IMG/VR virus record: IMGVR_UViG_3300014205_000225
Span: 2,826-66,825 of that record
Strand: one strand, 5' to 3'
DNA length: 64,000 nt
Source of the DNA: a virus
Shown: positions 17,457-27,344 of the stretch, in pieces
How positions within the stretch are numbered: position 1 is the first letter of the stretch
How the letters are laid out: each line of letters starts with the position of its first letter
The notes under the pieces: model-generated
Database searches by the model: none
What the model saw: only the letters and a program-made list of their open reading frames with translations
What the model was told of the DNA's origin: nothing
Made by a program: the position numbers and the translations under genes

Positions 17457-18503
17457 ATGGATCTTATCGTCAATGGAGCAGCAATCGGTTCGGTTGCTCA
17501 ACGCCTGCAATCTACCGGGATGAGCGTCAACGCGCTCCGGCCCTGGCTCGAGCAGAGCGGGAAAGCATTTATCAACCTCAACGGCGCCGCAATGCCCACC
17601 GTCAACGCCACCCTACGCAAGGATGAGTGGAAAGCCTACGATGAAGCCATCATTCGTGCTGCCCAGGCGCGCCTTACCGGCGTCGCAGACCTGGAACGCC
17701 GTGGCCTGGTTTACACCCTCGGAAACGGACTCGGTAAAACCGTCCTCGAGTACGAAGACGCCAGCGACATCAATGAAGCAGAAGTTTCGATGGATGGGGC
17801 GCGCCGCTCCAAGGGCGACGCCGTTGATTTTTCGCTCAAGTACCTGCCCCTCCCCATCGTACACAAGGATTTTGACATTAACGCCCGTACCCTGGCCGCT
17901 TCCCGCACTACTGGGGATCCGCTCGACACTTTCATGGCTGGCCTGGCTGGGAAAAAGGTTGCGGACCGTATTGAAGGCCTCCTGTTTAACGGCCTTACCG
18001 TCGGTGGCGTGAATTACACCTTTGGCGGTGGCACCTTGTACGGGTACACCAATCATCCCAATCGGAACACCTACACCCTGTCTGCTGGCTGGACGGCAAC
18101 TGCGGCTACCGGCTCCTCGATCCTGGCCGACGTTCTCGCCATGCGCCAGAAATTGGTGGACGACAAGAAGTTCGGCCCGTATGTACTCTACATCCCGACC
18201 AACTACGAAAGCGTCATGGATGAAGACTACTCCACCGGCTACCCCAAATCCATTCGTACCCGGATCATGGAACTGAACAACATTTCGGAGATTAAGGTTT
18301 CCGAGGACTTGGCCGCGAGCAACGTGGTCATGGTTTCCATGAACACGGAAACGGTGCGCCTGGTTAAAGGCATGGACATTACCCCTGTTGAATGGAGCAG
18401 CGAAGGCGGTATGCTGCATCACTTCAAGGTCATGGGTATCCAGGTGCCGCAGATTCGCGCCGACCAGGACGGCAAGTGCGGCGTCTGCCACGCCTCGGCA
18501 TAA
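17457..18503 (+). CDS. major capsid protein (HK97 fold, encapsulin/Linocin-like)
   Basis: TLRKDEWK..DEAII, PLPIVHKDF, YGYTNHPNR, GPYVLY; high-expression codon bias; followed by terminator. Confidence 0.9.
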   Translation: MDLIVNGAAIGSVAQRLQSTGMSVNALRPWLEQSGKAFINLNGAAMPTVNATLRKDEWKAYDEAIIRAAQARLTGVADLERRGLVYTLGNGLGKTVLEYEDASDINEAEVSMDGARRSKGDAVDFSLKYLPLPIVHKDFDINARTLAASRTTGDPLDTFMAGLAGKKVADRIEGLLFNGLTVGGVNYTFGGGTLYGYTNHPNRNTYTLSAGWTATAATGSSILADVLAMRQKLVDDKKFGPYVLYIPTNYESVMDEDYSTGYPKSIRTRIMELNNISEIKVSEDLAASNVVMVSMNTETVRLVKGMDITPVEWSSEGGMLHHFKVMGIQVPQIRADQDGKCGVCHASA

Positions 18504-18529
18504 TTCAAATCTTAACCAATCGTAAAATT

Positions 18530-18571
18530 ACATGCCCCGGCCTCTATGTAAGGGGGTCGGGGCATGTGTTT
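18530..18571 (+). terminator. intrinsic terminator after MCP
   Basis: ACATGCCCCGGCC...GGTCGGGGCATGT-GTTT hairpin. Confidence 0.7.
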
Positions 18572-18591
18572 ATTTAGAAAGGGAGAATAAC

Positions 18592-19056
18592 ATGGCCCGG
18601 AAAACCGAAACCAAAAAAGCCCAAGTAGCCGTAGAAAAACAAACCGACCCCCTCACCGCAAAAAGAGAAACCGTGCGTACGCTTGTTTCCGACCCCGATG
18701 GTACCACTACCATACCCCAGCAAACGAACGTGGCCCTGGCGCCAAGTCTGGCGCAAGAACCCGCACAAATGTTTCGCTACCGCCGTCGCCCTGGCTTTCG
18801 CCCTTACAAAATCGGGGGGAATACCTACGAAGCTGGGCAGGTTTATGAAACCCCTTGCGCCGGGACAATCCCTGCGGCGTTTCTTGATGGGTGGGATGTG
18901 TTGGACGACCCTTCCAATATGATTGCAGCGAGGCTTCCTGAGATTCGTCCTACTGAGGGCGGATTTGATGTTTTTTCGGCGGAAGGCCGCAAGCTGAATG
19001 ACCGACCCCTCTCCATGAAACGTGCAGAGGAATTTGCCAATGGCCTCAATTCCTAA
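18592..19056 (+). CDS. hypothetical virion-associated protein
   Basis: GGGAG RBS; follows MCP. Confidence 0.7.
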   Translation: MARKTETKKAQVAVEKQTDPLTAKRETVRTLVSDPDGTTTIPQQTNVALAPSLAQEPAQMFRYRRRPGFRPYKIGGNTYEAGQVYETPCAGTIPAAFLDGWDVLDDPSNMIAARLPEIRPTEGGFDVFSAEGRKLNDRPLSMKRAEEFANGLNS

Positions 19057-19645
19057 ATTATGGGATGATGCTACTGTTTTTATTCTTGGGGGTGGACCGT
19101 CCTTGGCTAAAGTGGACGTGTCCACCCTCCAAGATAAACGGGTCATTGCCTGTAACGCCGCATTTTACATTGCTCCTTGGGCGGATGTTTGTTGGTTTGG
19201 GGACGGCCGGTTTCATGATTGGAATATCGAACCCTTGTCCAAATTTGGTGGTCTAAAACTGACATGCGCTGATAGGCAAAAATGGTCTCCGGGTATCATG
19301 CAGATCAACAGAGGGCGGCGGATGTACGGAATTGACACCGATCCTTCTCGAGTATGTTGGAATAGAAGCACCGGCGGAAGTGCGCTAAATGTGGCATACC
19401 ATTTGGGAGCGAAGAAGATAGTGCTCCTTGGGTACGATATGAAAATGGTAGACGGTGTTCATAATTGGCATACCTACCACAAGGCTTCTCCGGATAAAGA
19501 CATTTATCAAAAAAGGTTCCTAGAGGCTTTCCCTCACATACATCGAGAACTGCTTGCGTTGGGCGTTGAGTGTTATAATGCCACAGAGGATAGCGCCTTA
19601 TTGGAATTTCCGTTTGTTACAATAGAAGAGGCTCGTTTATGGTGA
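19040..19645 (+). CDS. Maf/DUF115-like (GT29-like fold) putative glycosyltransferase
   Basis: VFILGGGPSL, VIACNAAF, STGGSALNVAYHLGAKKIVLLGYD. Confidence 0.65.
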   Translation: MASIPKLWDDATVFILGGGPSLAKVDVSTLQDKRVIACNAAFYIAPWADVCWFGDGRFHDWNIEPLSKFGGLKLTCADRQKWSPGIMQINRGRRMYGIDTDPSRVCWNRSTGGSALNVAYHLGAKKIVLLGYDMKMVDGVHNWHTYHKASPDKDIYQKRFLEAFPHIHRELLALGVECYNATEDSALLEFPFVTIEEARLW

Positions 19646-20271
19646 CGGTCGCTTGTGTATATAAACCCGGGAAGGGCTTTTCCACTGAATACGTTTACCG
19701 CTTACGGGATGGGTTGCTAAAGCAATCTGTCCCTTTTAAGTTTTTATGCCTGACAACAGACCGGGATTTGGTTCGAATTTTGGCAGATGACGCACGTCAT
19801 ATCCCAAGTATTCTTCCTGGGTGGTGGAATAAATTATTCCTGTTTTCCCCTATCATGCCGCTCGGACGGATTGTTTACTTTGATCTGGACACTGTCATAT
19901 CTGGGGATATAGAAAACCTTTTGTCTTATACAGGGGAAAAACCTTTGTTTTTGGATGATTTTTACTACCCTGGGAACTTGGCGACCGGAATAATGGCCTG
20001 GGAAGGGGAACAACTCTCTTTTCTGTACGACAAGTTTATGAAAAACAAGGGAGCTATTATAGGGGAATGTGATAGGGGGGCGAGAAGTAATGTAGGAGAC
20101 CAGGCCTATTTACGAAAGGAAATACGGAAAGAAGACTGGCTCCCGGTGCAGGGTATTCAAGAAGGGGTGCTTAGTTATAAGAAAGATATGAGAACCAAGC
20201 AAAACAAAACTGCAAATATTGTATGTTTCCACGGGCATCCAAGACCGCATGAAGTTGGTTGGAGGGTGTAG
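19639..20271 (+). CDS. GT-A fold (GT8-like) glycosyltransferase
   Basis: GWWNKLFLF, YFDLDTVI (DxD), GDQAYL, VCFHGHPRP. Confidence 0.8.
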   Translation: MVTVACVYKPGKGFSTEYVYRLRDGLLKQSVPFKFLCLTTDRDLVRILADDARHIPSILPGWWNKLFLFSPIMPLGRIVYFDLDTVISGDIENLLSYTGEKPLFLDDFYYPGNLATGIMAWEGEQLSFLYDKFMKNKGAIIGECDRGARSNVGDQAYLRKEIRKEDWLPVQGIQEGVLSYKKDMRTKQNKTANIVCFHGHPRPHEVGWRV

Positions 20272-20290
20272 ACGCAAAGAATAAAATGGT

Positions 20291-20319
20291 TTGCGGACAA
20301 CCCGCGCTTGTTGTAGTAT
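20291..20319 (+). promoter_or_regulatory. sigma70-like promoter at start of GC-rich fibre module
   Basis: TTGCGG-N17-TAGTAT. Confidence 0.45.
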
Positions 20320-20353
20320 AAGCATCAGTGGAGAGAAGATAGGGAGGTGTCGT

Positions 20354-20614
20354 TTGGGCATAACGCTGGAACCTATCGAAGCACCAGCCGTCTACCTGCT
20401 GCGCTCCGGCCCGTTCCATATCAAGCACGGCGACCCCTACACCCTGGCGGCTGTGGTCGAGGTGGTTGGGGATGTGGCAGAGATCAAGGGCGCCACGGGG
20501 CGACTGATGGAAATTCCCGCCATCCGTGCCGAGATGAAGCGGCTTGGAGTCCGGCAGGTACGGTGGCAGCGCAGCGTTGCCGGAGAGATGATTTTGCACA
20601 CGATGGAGGTATAG
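20354..20614 (+). CDS. hypothetical protein
   Basis: GGGAGG RBS then TTG start. Confidence 0.6.
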   Translation: MGITLEPIEAPAVYLLRSGPFHIKHGDPYTLAAVVEVVGDVAEIKGATGRLMEIPAIRAEMKRLGVRQVRWQRSVAGEMILHTMEV

Positions 20615-21025
20615 ATGGACTTAAACGCCAACCTGCAACCGATCCTCGCCGAACTGACCGCAGACCCGGAAGAACGGGGCTATGCCGCCATGACGGTCGA
20701 TCAAGTTGTATCATCCCTGACCGCGCCGATTTCGATTGAGCGGGGAATCCTGACAAGTGGGGAAATCCACAACGCCATCTCCCCGGCTGATTTCGTCGGG
20801 CTGACCGACGTAAACCGGCAGTATGTGCGGGACATCCTCAGTCTCGGGAGCGTGGACGTTTCCAGCGGAACCAACGCGCGTGACGTTCTTGTCTCGGTTT
20901 TTGCCGGGAAGCAAACACTGACCAATCTGGCGGCACTGGTATTGACCAGCACCAGCCGCGCGCAACAAATCGGCTACAGCGAGATTACCGCCGCGATGGT
21001 TGAGCGGTGTCGGGAGGTGATGTAA
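20615..21025 (+). CDS. hypothetical structural-module protein
   Basis: GGAGG RBS; ELTADPEERGY...SRAQQIG. Confidence 0.7.
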   Translation: MDLNANLQPILAELTADPEERGYAAMTVDQVVSSLTAPISIERGILTSGEIHNAISPADFVGLTDVNRQYVRDILSLGSVDVSSGTNARDVLVSVFAGKQTLTNLAALVLTSTSRAQQIGYSEITAAMVERCREVM

Positions 21026-21411
21026 TGGGTGGGTTTACGCAAGGGGCATTTTCCGACCTAGGCACTCAGAATCAAACGATTGCCGCCAGCGGAAACTATG
21101 TTTTCGGCGCTGTATCAAACGCCGGAAAAACCAGCACAACGGTTGCCGTGGACGTGACCTACAACGCCAGCGCGACCAAAGGCGTCGACATCCTGATTGA
21201 GCGCGAAGCAACCAACACCCCCGGCTACGAGTCGCAGGCCTCGGCGTGGACGATTCCGGTGCCGTTTACGGCTGGAACGACCGTGACGAAAACCGTCAGT
21301 CTCGACGGAAATCTGTTCGGCGAGTGTCAGGTAAGGGTGGTCAACACGGATACCGCGCAGTCGGCCACCGCTGTCAACTGCCGCATCGCACAGAGTACAT
21401 ACGCCGCATGA
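21025..21411 (+). CDS. hypothetical beta-rich structural protein
   Basis: TAATG overlap. Confidence 0.7.
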   Translation: MGGFTQGAFSDLGTQNQTIAASGNYVFGAVSNAGKTSTTVAVDVTYNASATKGVDILIEREATNTPGYESQASAWTIPVPFTAGTTVTKTVSLDGNLFGECQVRVVNTDTAQSATAVNCRIAQSTYAA

Positions 21412-22967
21412 TTTTTCGTCCTGACATAAAACCCCCCATGTGGGGGCCACTTAGTGCTGTGCAGTATGCTGTGATGGTTAATGCTGAGCGGATGGGGATA
21501 GATCCCTCGGCGTTAAAATTGGTTTCCCCTTTCTGGGAGACCGCGGGCAGCATCATATATGACGCCACCCTTCAAAACGACATATCGACGACTCTGCCGC
21601 TGTGGGTGCCAGCAGGCTACAGATGCAGCACAACAAATAAATTTTCGCCGGGCAAAACATTGGCGACGTTGCTTGGCTCGACAACATCTCCATTCACGAT
21701 CTTGACACTTGCAGATATAGTTTCGCGGCCAACATCATCTAACTTTTTACTTGGTCAATACCAAGATGGCGGGACTGGGTATGATCTAGGCTTTTATCAG
21801 TCGTCTTCCACGAGGATCATATCGTACTATTATAAGTCCGGATCAAATGTACAATTATCGCCCGGAGTCGTAGAGAGCGGCGCAAGCATAAGCCTCGGGG
21901 TTACTTGGGACGGGGCTAGTATCACGGGGTATTATGGTGGAGCCTTAGCCTCTATTGCGTCGCATAGCTCGGCGCTTACGACGACACACACGTTTAAGGC
22001 TGGTGGGGTGGGGGCGGGTGGGAACGGGACACATGACCACAAATTTCTGATCGTGTGTTCATCCGCGCTTACCGCTGACCAGATCGCCCAACTCCACGCC
22101 ACCCCCTACGCCCTGCTCATGCCGGTATCGCGCCCTGTGTATTTTGATCTTGGGGCGACAACTGGCGCGACGCTAACCACCGACAGCGCCTGGAAAATCT
22201 ACACGGACGCCGAGATTGACACCGCATGGGCTATCCGCGCCGAGCTGAGCCAATCCGCCGCATGGGCCGTCTTTACCCGCGCCGATGCCGAGAGCGCGTG
22301 GAGCATCCGCACATCAGCCGAGGCGGAAACGGCGTGGACGGTTCGCGCCGGGTTGGATACGCCGACCGCGTGGCCCATTTCCACCGCAGCCGACACGCAG
22401 ACGGAATGGCAGATCAAGGCCGGACTCGACGCGGAAACGGCGTGGCCGATCTTCACCGCCGTCGATACCGCTACCGCGTGGGCTATCCTCGATTCCCTGG
22501 CCCTGGAAACACCCACGGCCTGGGCGATCCGCAACGCCCTCGCCGCCGATGCCGCGTGGAGTATCCGCACCGCCCTCGATACCGGAAGCGCGTGGGCGAT
22601 CCTCTCCCGGCTGGACCGGGAAACCGCCTGGCAGATACTCGGCGCTGGCATCCTCGACACGCCGACCTCTTGGGCCATCCGCGCGGATCTTGATCAGGCG
22701 ACCGCATGGACGATCAAGACCAGTCTCGACGCGGACACGGACTGGACCATCATCAACGGGATGGACACGGCGACGACCTGGGACATCCTGCAAGGCTTCG
22801 CCACCGATACCGCATGGCAGGTTTACCGGGGACTCGACACCGCAACCGCCTGGAGCATCATCAGCGATACGGTCCCCGAGCCGGTGAAAGTGTTCATGGC
22901 CGAGCGCCGGGATTTCATCATCAACGCCGAAAAACGAATCTTTATCCTCCTCGCAGAAAGGAAATAG
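21408..22967 (+). CDS. fibre protein: LamG/concanavalin-like domain followed by 19 twelve-residue Trp repeats
   Basis: GVTWDGASITGYYGG...ALTADQIAQLH LamG pattern; repeat (D/E)TAWxI. Confidence 0.75.
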   Translation: MIFRPDIKPPMWGPLSAVQYAVMVNAERMGIDPSALKLVSPFWETAGSIIYDATLQNDISTTLPLWVPAGYRCSTTNKFSPGKTLATLLGSTTSPFTILTLADIVSRPTSSNFLLGQYQDGGTGYDLGFYQSSSTRIISYYYKSGSNVQLSPGVVESGASISLGVTWDGASITGYYGGALASIASHSSALTTTHTFKAGGVGAGGNGTHDHKFLIVCSSALTADQIAQLHATPYALLMPVSRPVYFDLGATTGATLTTDSAWKIYTDAEIDTAWAIRAELSQSAAWAVFTRADAESAWSIRTSAEAETAWTVRAGLDTPTAWPISTAADTQTEWQIKAGLDAETAWPIFTAVDTATAWAILDSLALETPTAWAIRNALAADAAWSIRTALDTGSAWAILSRLDRETAWQILGAGILDTPTSWAIRADLDQATAWTIKTSLDADTDWTIINGMDTATTWDILQGFATDTAWQVYRGLDTATAWSIISDTVPEPVKVFMAERRDFIINAEKRIFILLAERK

Positions 22968-22970
22968 ACC

Positions 22971-23453
22971 ATGGCCGCAACTCTCGTTTGGCGCCTCACC
23001 GGCGGAGCCAGCAACAGCGACCCCAACGCCAGCCTCGGCGGAGCCCGCAGCAGCAATGCCATCAGCGGAACCGCGATGAATAACCTGTTCGACAACGTGA
23101 GCGCCGCCGAAGCGAGCGCCGGGGATAGCGAATATCGCGCCCTGGACTTGTACAACAGCGGCGACGCGGCATCCTCTGGCACTGAGCTTTACATGAGCAC
23201 GCCGACGAGCAGCACGTCTACCGAGCTGCAATTTGGTCTGGAGGCGTCACCGGTGGACAGCACCACCAGCATCGTCGATGAGTCGACCGCCCCGGCCGGG
23301 GTCAGCTTCGCCGCCGCGACCACCGGCAGCCGGTTGATCATCCCCGCTATTGCTGCAAGCAGCGGTTGCCGGGTGTGGATCAAGCGGGTCGTCTCGGCAA
23401 GCGCTCCGAACACGGCCAGCGACAGCGGTACTATCACGGTGGAGTACGCATAA
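22971..23453 (+). CDS. structural protein of fibre module
   Basis: SDPNASLGG...NNLFDNVS..E...GDSEYR pattern. Confidence 0.7.
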   Translation: MAATLVWRLTGGASNSDPNASLGGARSSNAISGTAMNNLFDNVSAAEASAGDSEYRALDLYNSGDAASSGTELYMSTPTSSTSTELQFGLEASPVDSTTSIVDESTAPAGVSFAAATTGSRLIIPAIAASSGCRVWIKRVVSASAPNTASDSGTITVEYA

Positions 23454-23764
23454 TGCGGACCCTGGCGGGCGGTAAGCAACCTGCTGAGACATTTCTTGTC
23501 GGTGTCGATTTCTCGCCGGTTTTGGCGACTGGCGAGAGCCTCGCACTGGTTGGCAGCACCTGCACCGCGCGGGTGTACGGTACGTCCACCGATGCCACGG
23601 ATACGCTTATTGAAACGGGAAGCCTGGAGGTTTCCGGGACTGTGCTGCAAGCGCGGCTGGTAGACGGTGAAGATGGTGTGTACTACCTGGTTGAGTTCCG
23701 CGCCGCAACATCGGACGGTAATCTCTACGAGCAGGACGTCATGGTAGGAGTGAGCAACGGATGA
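23453..23764 (+). CDS. putative fibre adaptor protein
   Basis: KQPAE...VDFSPVLATGESL...TSDG; TAATG overlap. Confidence 0.6.
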   Translation: MRTLAGGKQPAETFLVGVDFSPVLATGESLALVGSTCTARVYGTSTDATDTLIETGSLEVSGTVLQARLVDGEDGVYYLVEFRAATSDGNLYEQDVMVGVSNG

Positions 23765-23876
23765 GTCAGCGCGAAACGATCTTCATTAACCTATTCGCCT
23801 TGTGCGAGGGCACCGAATGCCACCAGATTACGTTTGTTCAGGACATAACCAAGTAACTCGACGGAAAGGGTGCGTG

Positions 23877-24077
23877 ATGATTCCTAAATTTTTTAAGTGG
23901 CTCCTTGGCGAACATTTGGCAAGTTCTCTTTCAAGTATCCTGGTCGGCGCGGCTATGGTGGCTGGTGCTGCTGCGGCCTCTGGTGACATTGATGCTGAAT
24001 CACTCATAACGGCTGCTGCCGTTGGGGCGGGCACTACCATTACCGGGATGGTCGGAAGAAGATACGGAGAAAAGTAA
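23877..24077 (+). CDS. small membrane protein (possible holin)
   Basis: two hydrophobic segments, basic C-terminus. Confidence 0.45.
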   Translation: MIPKFFKWLLGEHLASSLSSILVGAAMVAGAAAASGDIDAESLITAAAVGAGTTITGMVGRRYGEK

Positions 24078-24388
24078 TGACCTATTCCCTGCCGTATACC
24101 ATACGCCACAAGAGCAAGCGTACCGGAAAAATAATTATAGTCCCACTCGGAAGACGGTCTGATGGGGCTACCGGGGCTATCGATATTTGGTCGGAGGCCT
24201 GGTGGGTTCATGATGAATTATGTCTAAAAGGTACGTGGTCTGATGGAACAAAGGTCACAAACCTGGAAGCAAGTTTAGAATTATTTGATATATTGTGGAA
24301 AGAAGGACGGCGTGTTAGGGCGGTATTTTGGGGGGTCGCTACCTGGATATTTGGTGGCGGGGAAGCCAGAAAGAACGGGATGTGGTGA
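24077..24388 (+). CDS. DUF1353-like protein
   Basis: IIVPLGRRSDGAT...AWWVHDELC. Confidence 0.65.
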   Translation: MTYSLPYTIRHKSKRTGKIIIVPLGRRSDGATGAIDIWSEAWWVHDELCLKGTWSDGTKVTNLEASLELFDILWKEGRRVRAVFWGVATWIFGGGEARKNGMW

Positions 24389-24511
24389 TGGCGCATTGCG
24401 AACCGGGTAAGGGGCACCGTTGTTCATATAGCCCGACAGGGTGGTGTAACGCGGATATTCACGAATGCGCCAAGACAAAAGGGTGCCTAATGCCAGGAGG
24501 AGGAGTAACAA

Positions 24512-24814
24512 ATGCCGCCGATTGAGTCTATTTCGAGTTGGTTGTTTTGGGCGTTGATCGGCGTTGTTCTCTATGTATTTAAAGGAACAAAAGACGAGAT
24601 ACGCAAAGAACGGGAACAACGAGAACGCTTATTTGAAAAAGCGGAACTAAAGTTTGACCAATTCACGGAGACGCTTTCCGAAGTAACGGCACAAGTACAC
24701 GCAAGAATTTCAAAACTGGAAAGAAGTGTAGATGGTCTTTGGGGCGAGCACCGTATTCTAAAAGACACCCATTGCCGGTCACATCATGCGGAAAAAGGTG
24801 GTTTGGATGTATGA
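24512..24814 (+). CDS. membrane-anchored coiled-coil protein
   Basis: N-terminal TM, coiled coil; strong RBS. Confidence 0.65.
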   Translation: MPPIESISSWLFWALIGVVLYVFKGTKDEIRKEREQRERLFEKAELKFDQFTETLSEVTAQVHARISKLERSVDGLWGEHRILKDTHCRSHHAEKGGLDV

Positions 24815-24838
24815 CACAAAAATAGATCGGGGGTAAAT

Positions 24839-25210
24839 ATGGCGCGAGTATTTCAACCGGATGTGGAAAAGATCATAGATGTTGTGGATGGGATAGACTT
24901 TTCCCCGTTCATTACCGCCGCGTCCCTCTTGGTTGATCGACTTTTAGTCGGCACGGGTCTGAGCGATGCCGAGTTAAAAGAACTGGAACGGTGGCTTGCC
25001 GCGCATTTTTTGGCGATACGAGACCCAAGGGTTCGCCAACGGAGCATCGGTGACAGCAAAGAGACTTATGCCATAAGCGGGGGGTATAAAGGTGGTTTGG
25101 ATGCCACCCCATACGGACAGCAAGCAATGGTACTGGATTGGACAGGAACATTGATGAACACCGTCGGGAAGAAGGCGGTAATTCTGGACGCCGTTGTGGA
25201 GGAATACTGA
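24839..25210 (+). CDS. head-tail connector (adaptor)
   Basis: ELERWLAAHF, GLDATPYGQQAMVLD. Confidence 0.8.
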   Translation: MARVFQPDVEKIIDVVDGIDFSPFITAASLLVDRLLVGTGLSDAELKELERWLAAHFLAIRDPRVRQRSIGDSKETYAISGGYKGGLDATPYGQQAMVLDWTGTLMNTVGKKAVILDAVVEEY

Positions 25211-25560
25211 TGAACATTGCCGCGCTACTTCATCAACATGCTGTATACTGGTGCCCGTCTAGTATAGACGGATATGGCAAAACAACTTTCCTACCCCCGG
25301 AAGATGTTGTGGTGCGCTGGCAAGATGTGCAAGAAGAATTTGTTGATAATGATGGACGTTTACAACGCGCCCGGTCTGTTGTATATTGCAACAAACCTTT
25401 AAAAGAAGGAGGCTTCCTGTATTTGGGCACTCTTTTTTCTATTCCGGTCGCATACAGGGGAGCCCCAGACAAACTGGCCCTTTCTCAAATGGTTCGTAAA
25501 TTACAAACATCCCAAAGCGTGTCAGCAACCTATCAGCTATATAAGGCATATACGACATGA
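25210..25560 (+). CDS. head closure/stopper protein
   Basis: AVYW...DGYG...P..VRWQD; position. Confidence 0.7.
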   Translation: MNIAALLHQHAVYWCPSSIDGYGKTTFLPPEDVVVRWQDVQEEFVDNDGRLQRARSVVYCNKPLKEGGFLYLGTLFSIPVAYRGAPDKLALSQMVRKLQTSQSVSATYQLYKAYTT

Positions 25561-26030
25561 ACACCAGTAAGAACCTAATCATTACCGGGCAAGATGACGT
25601 TATCAAAGGTTTACAACAAGCCCTTGATAAAATGATCTTTGCGTCGGAGCGGGGATTGGTTACTGCTGGCATGTTTATAAAGAACAAGGCCGCGCAAAAA
25701 GCCCCGATTGATACAGGGAACCTTAGGAATAGCGGGTATGTGGTGTCCAATTCTGGAAAATTGCATAGCGAGACACCTTCTTTCAGCGATCTACGAAAGG
25801 ATTCCGCAATACAGGCCGCAAATTTTGCTAGTGCGGTTGCGGAAAGTCGTGCTATTGTTTCCGGAAAGCAACCAAAGGTCATGGTAGGCTTCGCAACAAC
25901 GTATGCTGCATCGGTTCATGAACATACCGATGTGCCCCATGCGACAGGAGAGGCAAAGTTTCTTGAAAATACACTGAAAGACATGGCCTCTCAAATATTA
26001 AGGCTGATTAAATCAGAGGCGTTTCTATGA
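25557..26030 (+). CDS. HK97 gp10-like tail completion protein
   Basis: APIDTGNLRNS, YAASVHE, GEAKFLE. Confidence 0.85.
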   Translation: MNTSKNLIITGQDDVIKGLQQALDKMIFASERGLVTAGMFIKNKAAQKAPIDTGNLRNSGYVVSNSGKLHSETPSFSDLRKDSAIQAANFASAVAESRAIVSGKQPKVMVGFATTYAASVHEHTDVPHATGEAKFLENTLKDMASQILRLIKSEAFL

Positions 26031-26428
26031 ACAGCCCTGCAAAAGACATGGCAGACCTTATTTGCCTTTCCTCCAGTCCAATTTCTGTTATCGGATTTGG
26101 AGTGGACGTTTTTGTAGGTATGCTACCCCAAACTCCGATTGAGTGCGTCACGTTCTATAATACAAACGGATGGTCGTCAGCGGCAAACTATACCTATGAG
26201 CGACCAACGATACAGGCGCTTGTCCGCACCAGTAGTTACGAGGCAGGGTATGCCCTAGCACATGCAATAAAAACCCATTTGCACGGCCAAAATGGCGTGA
26301 CGATAAACAATGCAAGGTACATACAAATACTTGCAGAGGGGGACGTGGTGGACCTACCCCCGGAAGAAACAAAGCAACACCGGCTTTTTTCGATAAATTT
26401 TGCGGCACATAGGACAATAGCAACATAA
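26027..26428 (+). CDS. tail terminator protein
   Basis: position before tail tube; PTIQALVR, FSINF. Confidence 0.75.
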   Translation: MNSPAKDMADLICLSSSPISVIGFGVDVFVGMLPQTPIECVTFYNTNGWSSAANYTYERPTIQALVRTSSYEAGYALAHAIKTHLHGQNGVTINNARYIQILAEGDVVDLPPEETKQHRLFSINFAAHRTIAT

Positions 26429-26444
26429 CAAAGGAGAACACATT

Positions 26445-26864
26445 ATGAGCCTAGCTGTTTCGGGTGTAGGGACATCGTTTAAACGGTCGGACATGGCTTC
26501 CACGCCTGCATTTACGGCCATTTCTGAAATTAACAACATTACTGGGCCGAGCATGTCCCGCGAAACCATTGATGTTACGTCGTTGGATTCTACTGGTGGC
26601 TACCGCGAGTTTATTGCGGGCTTCCGGGATGCCGGGGAAATTCAGTTTTCGATGAACTTCTCCCAAGCCGGGTACTTGCTCATGAAGGATGATTTTGAGT
26701 CCGACGCCCTTCGGGATTACCAGATCGTGTTGCCGGACGCAGGGGCAACCACGTTTGACTTTAGCGGTCTCGTCGTGGAACTGCCTTTGGACATTCCGAT
26801 GGATGACAAAATCACCTGTAACATTTCGATTAAAATTTCCGGCCAGGTTACTGTTAGCTCGTAA
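26445..26864 (+). CDS. major tail tube protein
   Basis: ITGPSMSRETIDVTSLDS..YREFIAG.RDAGE, ISGQVT. Confidence 0.9.
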   Translation: MSLAVSGVGTSFKRSDMASTPAFTAISEINNITGPSMSRETIDVTSLDSTGGYREFIAGFRDAGEIQFSMNFSQAGYLLMKDDFESDALRDYQIVLPDAGATTFDFSGLVVELPLDIPMDDKITCNISIKISGQVTVSS

Positions 26865-26954
26865 ATGACCTGATTATCCAATAACCCAGTTCCCCCTTCC
26901 GCATAAAGGTATGTAGAAGGGGGAACAATTCCATACTATACAAGGGAGACGCAC

Positions 26955-27344
26955 ATGGCACTTCTTACCAAGCAAGCTATTTTTTCGGCGCAAGACCTTC
27001 CCTATGAAGATGTTCCTGTTCCTGAGTGGGGAGGGGAAGTTCGTTTGCAGGCTCTTACAGGGGCACAACGGGATGCTTGGGAAATGGATATGTTCGGGGC
27101 AGATGCTTCCAGGCGTAACATGAAAAACGCCAGGGCAAAGCTCATTGTACGGTGCGCAGTTGATGAAACAGGCGCCCCGATATTCACCAGAGAGGACGTG
27201 AACGTGCTTGGTGAAAAAAGCGCCGCTGCCCTGGACCGTTTGTTTTCCGTCGCTAAACGCATTAACCGCATCGGGACGGAGGATGTAAACGAACTGGTGG
27301 GAAACTCCAACACCAGCCCAACAGACGATTCTACTTCCGTTTAG
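26955..27344 (+). CDS. tail assembly chaperone (G)
   Basis: VPVPEWGGEVRL, LGEKSAAALDRL. Confidence 0.85.
   Translation: MALLTKQAIFSAQDLPYEDVPVPEWGGEVRLQALTGAQRDAWEMDMFGADASRRNMKNARAKLIVRCAVDETGAPIFTREDVNVLGEKSAAALDRLFSVAKRINRIGTEDVNELVGNSNTSPTDDSTSV

Noticed and set aside
17613-18491. Long antisense ORFs opposite MCP (also 16311..17510, 22314..23231, 46736..47782, 11711..12745)
   Set aside because: They are shadows of strongly codon-biased genes on the other strand, with no recognisable motifs.
22180-22865. 36-bp periodicity resembling a CRISPR or tandem DNA array
   Set aside because: The repeats are degenerate at DNA level and conserved as a 12-aa protein repeat. There is no repeat-spacer structure and no cas gene.
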